A stretch of 58,378 nucleotides of DNA from a virus (taxonomy: Duplodnaviria; Caudoviricetes): positions 1-58,378 of IMG/VR virus record IMGVR_UViG_3300032020_000004; one strand, 5' to 3'. Shown here one piece after another: positions 26,524 through 35,025 of the stretch. Below the pieces are notes generated by a model. It was not told the origin of the DNA. It worked only from the letters and a program-made list of their open reading frames with translations, and made no database searches. Position 1 is the first letter of the stretch. Every line of letters starts with the position of its first letter. The position numbers were made by a program, and so were the translations under genes.

Positions 26524-27193
26524 GGTCAACGGCAAGCGCTATTATTTGATTGATGGCCGCAAGTATCCGAGTGTGACTACTGTGCTGTCAATTATCAGGT
26601 CCCCGGCGCTGGAGCTGTGGCGGGGTGAGCTTGGTAATGTAGAGGCTGACCGTATCCGGGATGAAGCGGCCGAGATAGGTATTCAGCTGCATAGGGCGTG
26701 CTATCTGTTCAATAAGCTGCAGGTTCCTAACGCTACTGTTGATGAGCTTCCGCCGAATAGTATGTTTTTTGCTTGGCCGAGTGTGCAGGTAGAACAGATG
26801 TTTGCGGCTTATCGGCGCTGGTTTGATACCTGTGTTGAAGCTGTTGTAGCTACCGAGGTACAGGTGTTTAACAGGCAGTATGGCTATGCCGGCACTGTTG
26901 ATTTATTGGCCATCCTGAAGGGGGATGAGGTGCCGTCGGTGATTGACTTGAAAACGACCAGTGGCTTCTGGCCTGACCAACCGCTGCAGCTGGCAGCCTA
27001 CAGGGAAGCGTGGATACAGAATGAACTCCAGAGAGGAGCACTGGTTATGTCCAAGAATGCGTGCCGGCGGCTGGTGGTGAGGATAGACAAGGTTGAGCAT
27101 GACTCAGTAGTTGTCAAAGAGCATACAGAGCATCAGCGTGATTTTAATGGCTTTCTGGCCGCGCTGAGCCTGTTTCGTTATTTCAATAGGTAG
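26510..27193 (+). CDS. PD-(D/E)XK (RecB/Cas4-like) exonuclease
   Basis: YPSVTTVL, G..H, GYAGTVDL, IDLKT and QLAAY motifs. Confidence 0.9.
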   Translation: MQVVEVNGKRYYLIDGRKYPSVTTVLSIIRSPALELWRGELGNVEADRIRDEAAEIGIQLHRACYLFNKLQVPNATVDELPPNSMFFAWPSVQVEQMFAAYRRWFDTCVEAVVATEVQVFNRQYGYAGTVDLLAILKGDEVPSVIDLKTTSGFWPDQPLQLAAYREAWIQNELQRGALVMSKNACRRLVVRIDKVEHDSVVVKEHTEHQRDFNGFLAALSLFRYFNR

Positions 27194-27202
27194 GAGGTGG
27201 GT

Positions 27203-27310
27203 ATGGTGGATGTGTCGAAAATGCCTCAGTGGGTTTGTGCTCATTGTGGTGGGAAAAACCCGATTGATAGTGTAAGGTGCATCCACTGTTTGGTGATGCG
27301 CAGGAAATAA
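27203..27310 (+). CDS. RanBP2-type Zn-finger microprotein (35 aa, absent from the ORF track)
   Basis: AGGAGG RBS; WVCAHCGGKNPIDSVRCIHC matches W-x-C-x2-C-x3-N-x6-C-x2-C. Confidence 0.7.
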   Translation: MVDVSKMPQWVCAHCGGKNPIDSVRCIHCLVMRRK

Positions 27311-27326
27311 ATAGGGAGGGAATAGA

Positions 27327-27923
27327 ATGGAGTTTCAGCTGACAACACAGCAGCAGGCTCTGGTTGATAGAGCCAGGGCGATCAGGGAAGAAGCGGTGGG
27401 AATGGAGGTCTTTGATGACCAGACTAGGGACTATGGGGTGAGTTTTCTTGGTAAGATTGCTACTGCCAAGAAGGAGCTGGAGGCTCAGAGAACATGGTTT
27501 GTGAAGCCTCTGAATGACCAGGTGAAGGTGATCAATGACCGGTTCAAGGAGTTCACTGGCCCAGTGCTCGAGGCGGACCGAATTGTCCGAGACAAGGTAT
27601 CCGGCTACCAGGTAGAGCAGCAAAGGCTTGCTACTGAGGCACAGAAGAAGGCGCTCGAGGAGGCACGGCAAAAGACTGAGGAAACTGGCGAAGTGGTGCC
27701 GGTTGTCATGCCGCAGGAGCCGGAGAGGGTGGTCCGCACCGAAAGTGGCAAGGCGTTTACCCGGATGGTGTGGGACTTCAAGGTGGTTGATGAGAGCAAG
27801 GTGCCGGAGCAGTACAAGATTGTTGACGAGCGCCGCATTAGGGCGGCGGTCCAGAGCGGTATCAGGCAGATCCCGGGGTGCGAAATTTATCAGCGTGCAG
27901 AGCTGACAGTTAGTGGCAGGTGA
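27327..27923 (+). CDS. Coiled-coil phage protein of recombination modules
   Basis: FVKPLN...IN..F and WDFKVVDESKVP..Y..VDE...G...IPG motifs. Confidence 0.75.
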   Translation: MEFQLTTQQQALVDRARAIREEAVGMEVFDDQTRDYGVSFLGKIATAKKELEAQRTWFVKPLNDQVKVINDRFKEFTGPVLEADRIVRDKVSGYQVEQQRLATEAQKKALEEARQKTEETGEVVPVVMPQEPERVVRTESGKAFTRMVWDFKVVDESKVPEQYKIVDERRIRAAVQSGIRQIPGCEIYQRAELTVSGR

Positions 27924-27926
27924 ATA

Positions 27927-28388
27927 ATGGAGATAGTAACCGATAAGAGGCGGTTGAGAGCTAAGTGCCATGAGGTGACTGATTTCACCGAAGTAGAACA
28001 GGTGGCCAAGGTGCTTTTTGATGTTCTGCAGAACTATAATGGCCCTGCGGGGAAGGCGGTTGGCTTGGCAGCTAATCAGGTGGGCTATAGGGAGAGAATG
28101 TTTGTGATGAGGATAGACCGGGTGCCGCCAATATGCGTTGTCAACCCTGTGTTGACAAAACAGAGAGGTAGTCAGCTGGGTCCTGAGAGTTGTCTGTCGC
28201 TCCCTGGGGTCAAGGTGCTGGTGAAAAGGCCGATGAGTATTGTGATGAAGGGAGTAAACCAGTATGGCAAGTTAGTGAAGTATAAGCTGAGCGGGATTCA
28301 GGCTCGGGTTGCTTGTCATGAGATAGACCACCTGGATGGGAAGCTGATTACTGATTATGGGGTGAAACATGAAAGCACCAAGGCTTAG
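27927..28388 (+). CDS. def: Peptide deformylase
   Basis: VGLAANQVG, ESCLS and HEIDHLDG motifs. Confidence 0.95.
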   Translation: MEIVTDKRRLRAKCHEVTDFTEVEQVAKVLFDVLQNYNGPAGKAVGLAANQVGYRERMFVMRIDRVPPICVVNPVLTKQRGSQLGPESCLSLPGVKVLVKRPMSIVMKGVNQYGKLVKYKLSGIQARVACHEIDHLDGKLITDYGVKHESTKA

Positions 28389-29205
28389 TCACAGTGGGAT
28401 AGAATATCTTGACCTTGCCTGGGGAATTTACTCCGGCTGCGATAACTGGAGAAATGGTATCTGCGGCGGGGGTGGAAAGGATTTTAACTGCTGGGCTATG
28501 CCGATTGTAAAGCGGTTTAAGAGCCACTACCCGAATGGCTTTGACCCGACCTGGTATCCCGAGGCGATGCTGTCTTCGCTGTCTGTAAAGAAGCCCAGCA
28601 TCATTGGCGTTGGCTGGGTAGGTGATATGTTTGGAGATTGGGTTGATCCGGGGCAGAGAATGTCACTGCCCTTGCCTGATGAAATATGGAGGTATGGCAG
28701 TTTTACACTGCAAGGGACACTGAGGCAGGTTTTATTTGGCGTGCTGAATAATTGTCCGCAGCACAGGTTTGTTTTCTTGACGAAGTGCTACTGGAACTTG
28801 AAGAGGTGGTCGCCGTTTCCAAAGAATGCGTGGGTCGGTGTGACGATCACTGATGGCAGTAAGCTGCGTGAGGTGCTGTATGCTTTGGCTGAAATTGAGG
28901 CTGGGCTGATATGGCTGAGCGTGGAGCCAATGCTAGGCCCGGTCGTGCCCCCGGTATGGAGGGCTGAGTGGGATATGGTTGGCTGGGTTACAGTTGGTGC
29001 TGCTACCAGACCGTACCGCCCACCGCAGGTTGATTGGGTAGAGCAGCTAGTCTATGAATGCGTTGCGGCTCGAAAGCCTGTTTTTTTGAAAGATAATCTG
29101 GTTAAGTCCCTGCCGCCCACAGTCCCGTTTTATGTTCCGCCGAAGGAGATACCGGCGAAGGGTAAGATTGAAATGGTTTACCGGCAGGAAATGCCTGACT
29201 GGTAG
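28369..29205 (+). CDS. DUF5131 (phage gp37/gp68-like, radical-SAM-related) protein
   Basis: GC...C...CWA, GDMFG, HRFVFLTK, NAWVGVT, SVEP and PVFLK motifs. Confidence 0.88.
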   Translation: MKAPRLSHSGIEYLDLAWGIYSGCDNWRNGICGGGGKDFNCWAMPIVKRFKSHYPNGFDPTWYPEAMLSSLSVKKPSIIGVGWVGDMFGDWVDPGQRMSLPLPDEIWRYGSFTLQGTLRQVLFGVLNNCPQHRFVFLTKCYWNLKRWSPFPKNAWVGVTITDGSKLREVLYALAEIEAGLIWLSVEPMLGPVVPPVWRAEWDMVGWVTVGAATRPYRPPQVDWVEQLVYECVAARKPVFLKDNLVKSLPPTVPFYVPPKEIPAKGKIEMVYRQEMPDW

Positions 29206-29216
29206 AAAGGAGAGAA

Positions 29217-29474
29217 ATGGAGAACAAACTGGAGCAACAGGTATTGAGTGAGGTGGTGTTGATGGACATACTTGGGCTGACGAAGAAACAGCTAGATCAT
29301 CTGCGCTGGGGTAAGGGTTTGCCTTATGTGAGCCTTCAAAGGAAAGCCCGGGTCTATATTGCTGATGATGTGCTGGAGTTTATTGAAAGGCAGGCCCGGC
29401 AGGAGCTTTACGACCGAGAATTTAAGGCGGCCTTGAGAGAAAAGAAACGTGGAGAAGCCAGCACTGGCCAATAA
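29217..29474 (+). CDS. Excisionase/MerR-like winged-helix DNA-binding protein
   Basis: EVVLMDILGLTKKQLDHLR..GLPYVSL..KARVY. Confidence 0.7.
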   Translation: MENKLEQQVLSEVVLMDILGLTKKQLDHLRWGKGLPYVSLQRKARVYIADDVLEFIERQARQELYDREFKAALREKKRGEASTGQ

Positions 29475-29910
29475 GAATGAAATACCGAGGATAGATGGCT
29501 GGCCGGTTCTCGGCACCGGCTACCAGTCTGGCTGGATACACCGCTGTTATTATGCTCATGCAGAGGAGGCGCTTATCGATGCTCGGCTGGCTTCCAGTTT
29601 GGTCCCGAGTAAGAGACTGTATGTGTACCCCTTTGGGCCGGTGAATCGGAGTATTGACCTGAATTTGTGGCCCGAAGGCCGGTACTGGGCGATATTTGAA
29701 AGCCCGCCGTTTCATGGCGTCTGCGGAGCATATTATTATCCGTTGCCCGATTATTACATTGTTCTTGGTGGTGATGAGTTCTTGCAGGAAGGAGATAGTC
29801 CAGAATGGGCGGAGAAAAAGAAGCAGAGAACCAGGGAGCAGTGGGAAAGCCAGCGGCACCGTGTAGAAACTGCGGTTCAAATGACTGGTGGCTCAGGGAT
29901 AATGGAATAG
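29449..29910 (+). CDS. Hypothetical protein
   Basis: 153-aa ORF overlapping its neighbours. Confidence 0.55.
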   Translation: MEKPALANKNEIPRIDGWPVLGTGYQSGWIHRCYYAHAEEALIDARLASSLVPSKRLYVYPFGPVNRSIDLNLWPEGRYWAIFESPPFHGVCGAYYYPLPDYYIVLGGDEFLQEGDSPEWAEKKKQRTREQWESQRHRVETAVQMTGGSGIME

Positions 29911-30047
29911 GTCCAGCGGAGTGGCTGTGTGGTAGATGCCATCCGCGACCGGAGGGTTCGACTGATGAGGTCATGCAAAAGATGCGGGAGTCGAGAAGGG
30001 AAGCTGGTCAAGGGGCTCTGTTTACATTGCCGCCTGGGACTGGATAG
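29805..30047 (+). CDS. Small Zn-finger protein
   Basis: PCRNCGSNDWW...WLCGRCHP; AAGGAG RBS. Confidence 0.6.
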   Translation: MGGEKEAENQGAVGKPAAPCRNCGSNDWWLRDNGIGPAEWLCGRCHPRPEGSTDEVMQKMRESRREAGQGALFTLPPGTG

Positions 30048-30276
30048 CGGCCTGATAGATTCCAAGACAAACTTGCCCAGGCAAGGCGTCGCCGAAGATA
30101 GAGTTCCTCTGGCCCGGCAGGCGAAGTTCAGGGATGATGGTAGCCTGACTGATGCGCCGGCTCGGAATAGCGAACAGCCCCAGCGGGAGAAGCAAGCCGA
30201 CCTGTTTCAGTATGAACGTGACCAGAAAAATCTCAGGCGCCTCCGGCGAGCTCAGAGGAAGCGGCGAAGCAGTTGA
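29965..30276 (+). CDS. Small Zn-finger basic protein
   Basis: MRSCKRCG...LCLHC; GGAGG RBS upstream. Confidence 0.5.
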   Translation: MRSCKRCGSREGKLVKGLCLHCRLGLDSGLIDSKTNLPRQGVAEDRVPLARQAKFRDDGSLTDAPARNSEQPQREKQADLFQYERDQKNLRRLRRAQRKRRSS

Positions 30277-30331
30277 GATAGTATTGTTAAGCATAGGAGT
30301 GTACGGATAAAGATGCACTGATATAGCAGAG

Positions 30332-30354
30332 GGTCAGCTGGGGCTGACTTTCTT
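30332..30354 (+). terminator. Intrinsic terminator
   Basis: GGTCAGC-TGGG-GCTGACT followed by TTCTT. Confidence 0.6.
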
Positions 30355-30355
30355 G

Positions 30356-30443
30356 GTTGTAGTGCTGCAACTGGTGTAAATGCTCCGATACAGGTTTGCA
30401 TCATGCCGTATGAGTGTTACGCTTATAATAGGATAAAAAATAA
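30356..30443 (+). promoter_or_regulatory. Palindrome plus promoter module
   Basis: GTTGTAGTGCTGCAAC, TTGCAT-16 bp-TACGCT/TATAAT; homologous to 21812-21900. Confidence 0.8.
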
Positions 30444-30677
30444 ATGGAAGGAGAAAGAGAGATGGAGGGCTTCTGGGAATTAGCAAAGGAACTGGAGAAA
30501 GAAGCGAATGATGCGCTGAAGTATACTTGGTTGATAAGAGGTATAACAGATGGTCGGGGTGAGGAAATCCGCGCAGAGACAGCCGAAGAAGCCAAGAGGT
30601 TATTTGCTGAGAAGTATCCTGAGAGGACTCGAGGTGGCAATCCGAAGATGACTAGCAACCCGATAAAGGTGAGGTAG
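30444..30677 (+). CDS. Hypothetical protein
   Basis: ORF directly after the promoter; start probably at MEGFWEL. Confidence 0.6.
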   Translation: MEGEREMEGFWELAKELEKEANDALKYTWLIRGITDGRGEEIRAETAEEAKRLFAEKYPERTRGGNPKMTSNPIKVR

Positions 30678-30680
30678 GAC

Positions 30681-30713
30681 TTGACTTATGTCGTATGAGT
30701 GTTTCAATATAAT
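30681..30713 (+). promoter_or_regulatory. Sigma70 promoter with the conserved spacer
   Basis: TTGACT TATGTCGTATGAGTGT TTCAATATAAT. Confidence 0.7.
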
Positions 30714-30739
30714 TAAAAGGAAAGGATAGGTGAAAGGAA

Positions 30740-31609
30740 ATGGCAGGGAAAAAGGTAGAGGTTGAAAAAATCCAGGTCATCCCGGTGAGTGAAGGCCGAT
30801 GGGCAGTGCCCTCCACTTCTCAGCCAGGGGTGAGCTATGAGGTGGTAGAGGAAGGTGGCCAGCTGGTCTGCAACTGCATGGCTGGTCTAAATGGAAGGGA
30901 CTGCAAGCACCGGAAGGCGGTGAGGATTGCGATGGAACAGCAAAAGATAAATGGTGAAAGGAGACTGGCAGGCGAGATGGTTCAACCAAAACAGGAAGGC
31001 AAGGCAAAACTGACGAAGCATGGGATTGAGTTTGGGCTGGCAACCTCAGCTCTCCAAAAGCTGATCCGGAGAGGCGATGAGGAGAATGCAATTGGAATGG
31101 CGCTGGAGCTGTATGAGGTTGCCCCTCATTATCTGGCGAAAAGGCTGCTGGTGATAGCATCAGAAGATGTAGGGTTGGCTGATCCACAGACAGTTGGGCT
31201 GGTCAATCAACTGGTGATGGGCTGGACTGAAGGAAAGAGGTTCAGCTGGTATATGTCGCCTCACCAACTAATTCAGGCAGTGATGTTGCTGTGCAGAGCG
31301 CAAAAGTCGACAGAGGTAGAGGATGCCATTACTCTCACAAAAGAGAAGCTGGAGAGGGGCTGGAAGCCGGTAATTCCTCCAGAGGCTGTTGATATGCACA
31401 CTCAACAGGGCAAGGAAATGGCGAAGAAGATGGGGATGAGCTATGATGAGCAGTGCAGGCAGTGGTATGAAGGCAGGCAGAGAGCAGGCATCTTCAGCAA
31501 CAAATATCAGGATGAGCTGAGGAAGCTGAAGCCGGAGTGGTTTCCACAACCGGTTGACGAGAGGAAGGTACGCGAGGACATCGACACGCTGTGGCCGAAG
31601 GAGAAGTAG
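30740..31609 (+). CDS. SWIM Zn finger fused to a RarA/MgsA C-terminal helical domain
   Basis: CNC...CKH SWIM motif; SALQKLIRRGD and RLLVIASEDVGLADP; no Walker motifs. Confidence 0.85.
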   Translation: MAGKKVEVEKIQVIPVSEGRWAVPSTSQPGVSYEVVEEGGQLVCNCMAGLNGRDCKHRKAVRIAMEQQKINGERRLAGEMVQPKQEGKAKLTKHGIEFGLATSALQKLIRRGDEENAIGMALELYEVAPHYLAKRLLVIASEDVGLADPQTVGLVNQLVMGWTEGKRFSWYMSPHQLIQAVMLLCRAQKSTEVEDAITLTKEKLERGWKPVIPPEAVDMHTQQGKEMAKKMGMSYDEQCRQWYEGRQRAGIFSNKYQDELRKLKPEWFPQPVDERKVREDIDTLWPKEK

Positions 31610-31819
31610 ATGAGGCAATTAACAGCGAAGGAAATTGAGCAACTGGCCAATCAGCCTGAAGTCAAACGAATAGCAGTAGAGAACTTTTTGATGAGCATGG
31701 GTGATAACGCAGAAGATGCCAGAGCTAACCTTCGGTTTGATAATAGACTGTATCGTTGGAATCATCAGACGTTTAATGCTATCCTTGATGGGATTAGATT
31801 GGCAGAGGAGAGGAGGTGA
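31610..31819 (+). CDS. Hypothetical protein
   Basis: AAGGAG RBS; VKRIAVENFL. Confidence 0.65.
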   Translation: MRQLTAKEIEQLANQPEVKRIAVENFLMSMGDNAEDARANLRFDNRLYRWNHQTFNAILDGIRLAEERR

Positions 31820-31837
31820 AAGATGAGGAACTGATAT

Positions 31838-32029
31838 TTGTTTTTGGCCGTAACCAGTACCTTGGTCGCTGTAGGCTTTATGCTAGTGGTGCTGTTTCTG
31901 ACCATGGCCCTGGGAGCTGAGTGGTATGAGCCCAATTTAGCAGTAGCACTTGTTGAGACTGCTTTGTCGGTCGGAGTAATTGGGCTGGGTTTGGCTGGAT
32001 GGGTTGTTCTGATTAAGGGAAGGAGGTGA
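31838..32029 (+). CDS. Small 2-TM membrane protein
   Basis: Two hydrophobic helices flanking YEPN. Confidence 0.55.
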   Translation: MFLAVTSTLVAVGFMLVVLFLTMALGAEWYEPNLAVALVETALSVGVIGLGLAGWVVLIKGRR

Positions 32030-32239
32030 ATGGTGAAAGAGAAGCCTGCGGATAGGCTGAAAAGACTGAGAGCTAGCAAATCGGATGTGCTTGGGAGGAT
32101 GAAAGCTATTCGCCAGTCAAAAGAAGGTGTTGGTCCTGTAGTCAGGAACGCAGACCACAAGCTGAGTATGCTGAATGATGAAGTCAACAGGATTGGCGCG
32201 AGAATAGTCAAGATAACAGATGCAATAGGAGCTGCGTGA
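32030..32239 (+). CDS. Hypothetical coiled-coil protein
   Basis: AGGAGG RBS. Confidence 0.6.
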   Translation: MVKEKPADRLKRLRASKSDVLGRMKAIRQSKEGVGPVVRNADHKLSMLNDEVNRIGARIVKITDAIGAA

Positions 32240-32240
32240 T

Positions 32241-32462
32241 ATGAGGCAGCAGGATGTGTATATTCGAGAGGGGCGGTTTGGACAGAGTAGGGTGCGTGAG
32301 TTCTCTGGCGATGTGCCTTATAATTATTGTGAGTATGCCAGTGACAAGAGATGTATTGTCAATGGCCGGAGTCACTGCCTACTGCCAAAGTGTTACCACG
32401 ATATGACGCAGGCTGAGCTGAATCACCTGAGGAAAGAATGGAAGTCGAGTGTTGACAAATGA
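32241..32462 (+). CDS. Cys-rich hypothetical protein
   Basis: AGGAG RBS. Confidence 0.55.
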   Translation: MRQQDVYIREGRFGQSRVREFSGDVPYNYCEYASDKRCIVNGRSHCLLPKCYHDMTQAELNHLRKEWKSSVDK

Positions 32463-32479
32463 AGAAATAGTGATATAAT
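32452..32479 (+). promoter_or_regulatory. Consensus sigma70 promoter
   Basis: TTGACA-16 bp-TATAAT with TG. Confidence 0.9.
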
Positions 32480-32484
32480 AATGG

Positions 32485-32568
32485 CAATGAGAGTGCCTAG
32501 AGCACCTTGAGCCGATAGAAGCCTGAAGAGCTCGACAGCGGCATTAGTTGTTTATCGGGCTCTTTTTT
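32485..32568 (+). ncRNA. Leader/attenuator RNA, copy 1, ending in an intrinsic terminator
   Basis: GTGC-CTAGA-GCAC hairpin, GAGCCGATAGA core shared with 47868, terminator AAGAGCTCGA...TCGGGCTCTTTTTT. Confidence 0.7.
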
Positions 32569-32606
32569 ATACCTTTGTTGGTTGTAGCATTACCACTGGA
32601 GATAAA

Positions 32607-32930
32607 ATGAAGGCGTGGGATAAGGCGTATTTAGCTGGGCTATTGGATGGGGAGGGACATGTACGGTTGTATGGGAATAGGTTATGGGTTCAAATTGGCC
32701 TGAAGAATTGCGATGATGTTTTGAATTATTTGAAGGCTAATTTTGGCGGCAATGTATATGATGGAGGTGCTTGCCGCAGGTGGATAGTTACAGGCAGAGA
32801 AGCTCATCTCTTCTTTAGAGATGTTGAACCATACTTGAGGATTAAGAAGGATAAAGTAGCGGCGTGTTTTCTGCAAATAGGCAGGAGATTGAGATTAAAA
32901 GGCACAATAAGGAGGCGAAGAAAATTATGA
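32607..32930 (+). CDS. LAGLIDADG homing endonuclease
   Basis: KAYLAGLLDGEG and PYLRIKK motifs. Confidence 0.88.
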   Translation: MKAWDKAYLAGLLDGEGHVRLYGNRLWVQIGLKNCDDVLNYLKANFGGNVYDGGACRRWIVTGREAHLFFRDVEPYLRIKKDKVAACFLQIGRRLRLKGTIRRRRKL

Positions 32931-34033
32931 TTCGTGGAACCGATGTCAAGTTTACAGCAGAAGAGCAAGGGGCGATGATGGCTCGGCTACGTGATGTGGT
33001 CGAGTCAAATTTTTTTATGTGGGGTGACCAGCAGGAGGAGTTCCAGATCCACATGGCTGGGATGACCGGTCGTAAGTACGCCATGACCTACAGCCATGTG
33101 ACGCAGGCGACTGAGGCGATATTTGATATACTGTTCAACTGGAAGACGGCGAAGTGTATTGTTGCCTTTCAGGGTAACCAGTTTCCGTCAGTAATGTTTG
33201 CTGCTCAGAGGCAGGCGTACGATATTGAGTGGGTTGATGTCCAGCCTGAGTCGATGGCACCGGCGCTGGTTGATGTGGAGCGGATGTATAGACAGAGGAA
33301 ATTTGATGTTCTGGTCCTGCAGCATACTGGCGGATTTATTACTGATGAGGTAGAGAGCATAGCTGCCTGGTGCAAAGCCAACAAGGTGTTTTTCCTTGAG
33401 GATGCGTCACAGGCGATGGGGACTTTCAAAGAAGGCTGGGCAGCTGGGCATTGGGGCGATATTTCGGTGATCAGTCTGTCAGCCACGAAATTCCTGACTA
33501 CCGGTGGCCAGGGTGGTATTGTGCTGTTTGACGATAAAAGTCTTTGGGATCCACTGTTCCAACGCAAGGTGTATGGGCGTAGCGAGATGTTTCAGAAGGG
33601 TGACTGGGTAACCAAAGGCTGGAACTGCCAGATGACTGAGATGCAGGCAGCGGTTGGTAATGCGCTGTTTCCGTTTCTGGACGGCTGGATTGCTCATCGC
33701 AGAAAGATTGCTGATGTGTATGAGCAGCTGTTTGATGATACGTCTCTGCGACCATGTGGGCACCGCAGCGACCGGCCGAACTGGTATAAGTATCCTGTGA
33801 TGCTGCCGCCTGATGTAGATAGACAGCAGTTCAAGGAGTATTTACTGGCCCAGGGTGTGCAGTGCTCCAGCGAGATCTATTCTCAGCCAACTTACTCGAT
33901 GGGTTCGTTCGGTGGTGAGTTCAGCGATGTAAGTTTGCCTGGCTCAGAGAAGTTCTCCCGGCATCATGTTTGCCTGCCGATGCACAATGCTATGTCTATG
34001 AAAGATGCTGAGCCTGTTGGTAAAGCACTGTAA
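32927..34033 (+). CDS. DegT/DnrJ/EryC1/StrS-family PLP-dependent sugar aminotransferase
   Basis: EDASQAMG, SLSATK, GGQGG, GWNCQMTEMQAAVG and LPMH motifs; ATG at 32927 with AAGGAGG RBS. Confidence 0.9.
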   Translation: MIRGTDVKFTAEEQGAMMARLRDVVESNFFMWGDQQEEFQIHMAGMTGRKYAMTYSHVTQATEAIFDILFNWKTAKCIVAFQGNQFPSVMFAAQRQAYDIEWVDVQPESMAPALVDVERMYRQRKFDVLVLQHTGGFITDEVESIAAWCKANKVFFLEDASQAMGTFKEGWAAGHWGDISVISLSATKFLTTGGQGGIVLFDDKSLWDPLFQRKVYGRSEMFQKGDWVTKGWNCQMTEMQAAVGNALFPFLDGWIAHRRKIADVYEQLFDDTSLRPCGHRSDRPNWYKYPVMLPPDVDRQQFKEYLLAQGVQCSSEIYSQPTYSMGSFGGEFSDVSLPGSEKFSRHHVCLPMHNAMSMKDAEPVGKAL

Positions 34034-34060
34034 TGCACCGGTGAGGGGATAAAAAGGGAA

Positions 34061-34348
34061 GTGAATATTAAATCACATGGTAGTGGGGAGGTGGTTGATG
34101 TGGTGGAGGAGAAGGAAGGAAGGCATCCTGGTGATAAGGGTTGCGAGTTCTCTGACAGCTGTTTAATGTGCCCTTTCCCAGTGTGTAAAGATGATGTTGG
34201 TATAGGTGAGTTTATGCGGTTTCTCAAAGGTCAGGAGGTTCGCGAGTTATGGGAACAAGGAAAGGCAGTAAGAGAGATAGCAAAAATATTGCAGGTAAGC
34301 GAGAGAACAGTCCAGCGGCGATTGCACCGATCAGGGTTGTCCCGATAG
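34061..34348 (+). CDS. Cys-cluster plus HTH transcriptional regulator
   Basis: GCEFSDSCLMCPFPVC and GKAVREIAKILQVSERTVQR. Confidence 0.8.
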   Translation: MNIKSHGSGEVVDVVEEKEGRHPGDKGCEFSDSCLMCPFPVCKDDVGIGEFMRFLKGQEVRELWEQGKAVREIAKILQVSERTVQRRLHRSGLSR

Positions 34349-35025
34349 ACAGCGTGCAACCTAATATTTATAATCCAAATGTTGAGGACCCGGACACGTT
34401 CAATGTGCTGGTTGAGAACATCAAGCAGTATGGCTTTACCGGTGCCATTGAGGTAGCTCCAAATGAGGATGGGCAGACGTTCATTATTGTTGGCGGCGAG
34501 CATCGGTGGAAGGCGGCAAAGCTAGCCGGGCTGAAGGAAGTGCCAGTGTCTATAGTTCCCTGGGATGAAGATATGCAGAAGATCCAGAGCATCAAGCTGA
34601 ATGTTATCCGTGGGAAGCTGGACCCGCACAAGTTTACCAAGCTGTTTATGGAGCTGGAGAAGAAGTATGGCCGCGACCCACTCCGCAAGCTGATGGGTAT
34701 GGGGGCGAAGGATGCCATGTTCCGCCAGCTGATGAAGGATGTCAAGAAGAGCCTGCCTCAGAGTGTGCAGGATGAGATAGAGAAGCGGGCAGATAAGATT
34801 CGGAATGTGGAGGACCTAGCGGCCGTAGTCCAGAGCCTGTATGCTCAGTATGGCAACACGCTGCAATATGGATTTGTGTTTTTCCGATTTGCAGGGAAAG
34901 AGCATCTGATGGTAAAATTAACTGAAGATGGACTGAAGCGTTTGCGAAAAATAACTCAGCAATGCTCTGAGACTGGTCAAAACATAAATGAGAGGATTGA
35001 AGAGGTGATAGTTGCCACGCGGTAA
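34249..35025 (+). CDS. ParB-like N-terminal-domain protein
   Basis: VQPNIYNPN...IKQYGF...IVGGEHRWKAA...LNVIRG. Confidence 0.85.
   Translation: MGTRKGSKRDSKNIAGKRENSPAAIAPIRVVPIDSVQPNIYNPNVEDPDTFNVLVENIKQYGFTGAIEVAPNEDGQTFIIVGGEHRWKAAKLAGLKEVPVSIVPWDEDMQKIQSIKLNVIRGKLDPHKFTKLFMELEKKYGRDPLRKLMGMGAKDAMFRQLMKDVKKSLPQSVQDEIEKRADKIRNVEDLAAVVQSLYAQYGNTLQYGFVFFRFAGKEHLMVKLTEDGLKRLRKITQQCSETGQNINERIEEVIVATR

Noticed and set aside
26510-27193. CRISPR-associated Cas4
   Set aside because: It lacks the four-Cys Fe-S cluster pattern and any CRISPR context; it is an ordinary phage PD-(D/E)XK exonuclease.
29217-29474. Evidence of an integration/excision module
   Set aside because: The HTH is excisionase-like, but no tyrosine or serine integrase or att site is recognisable in the window.
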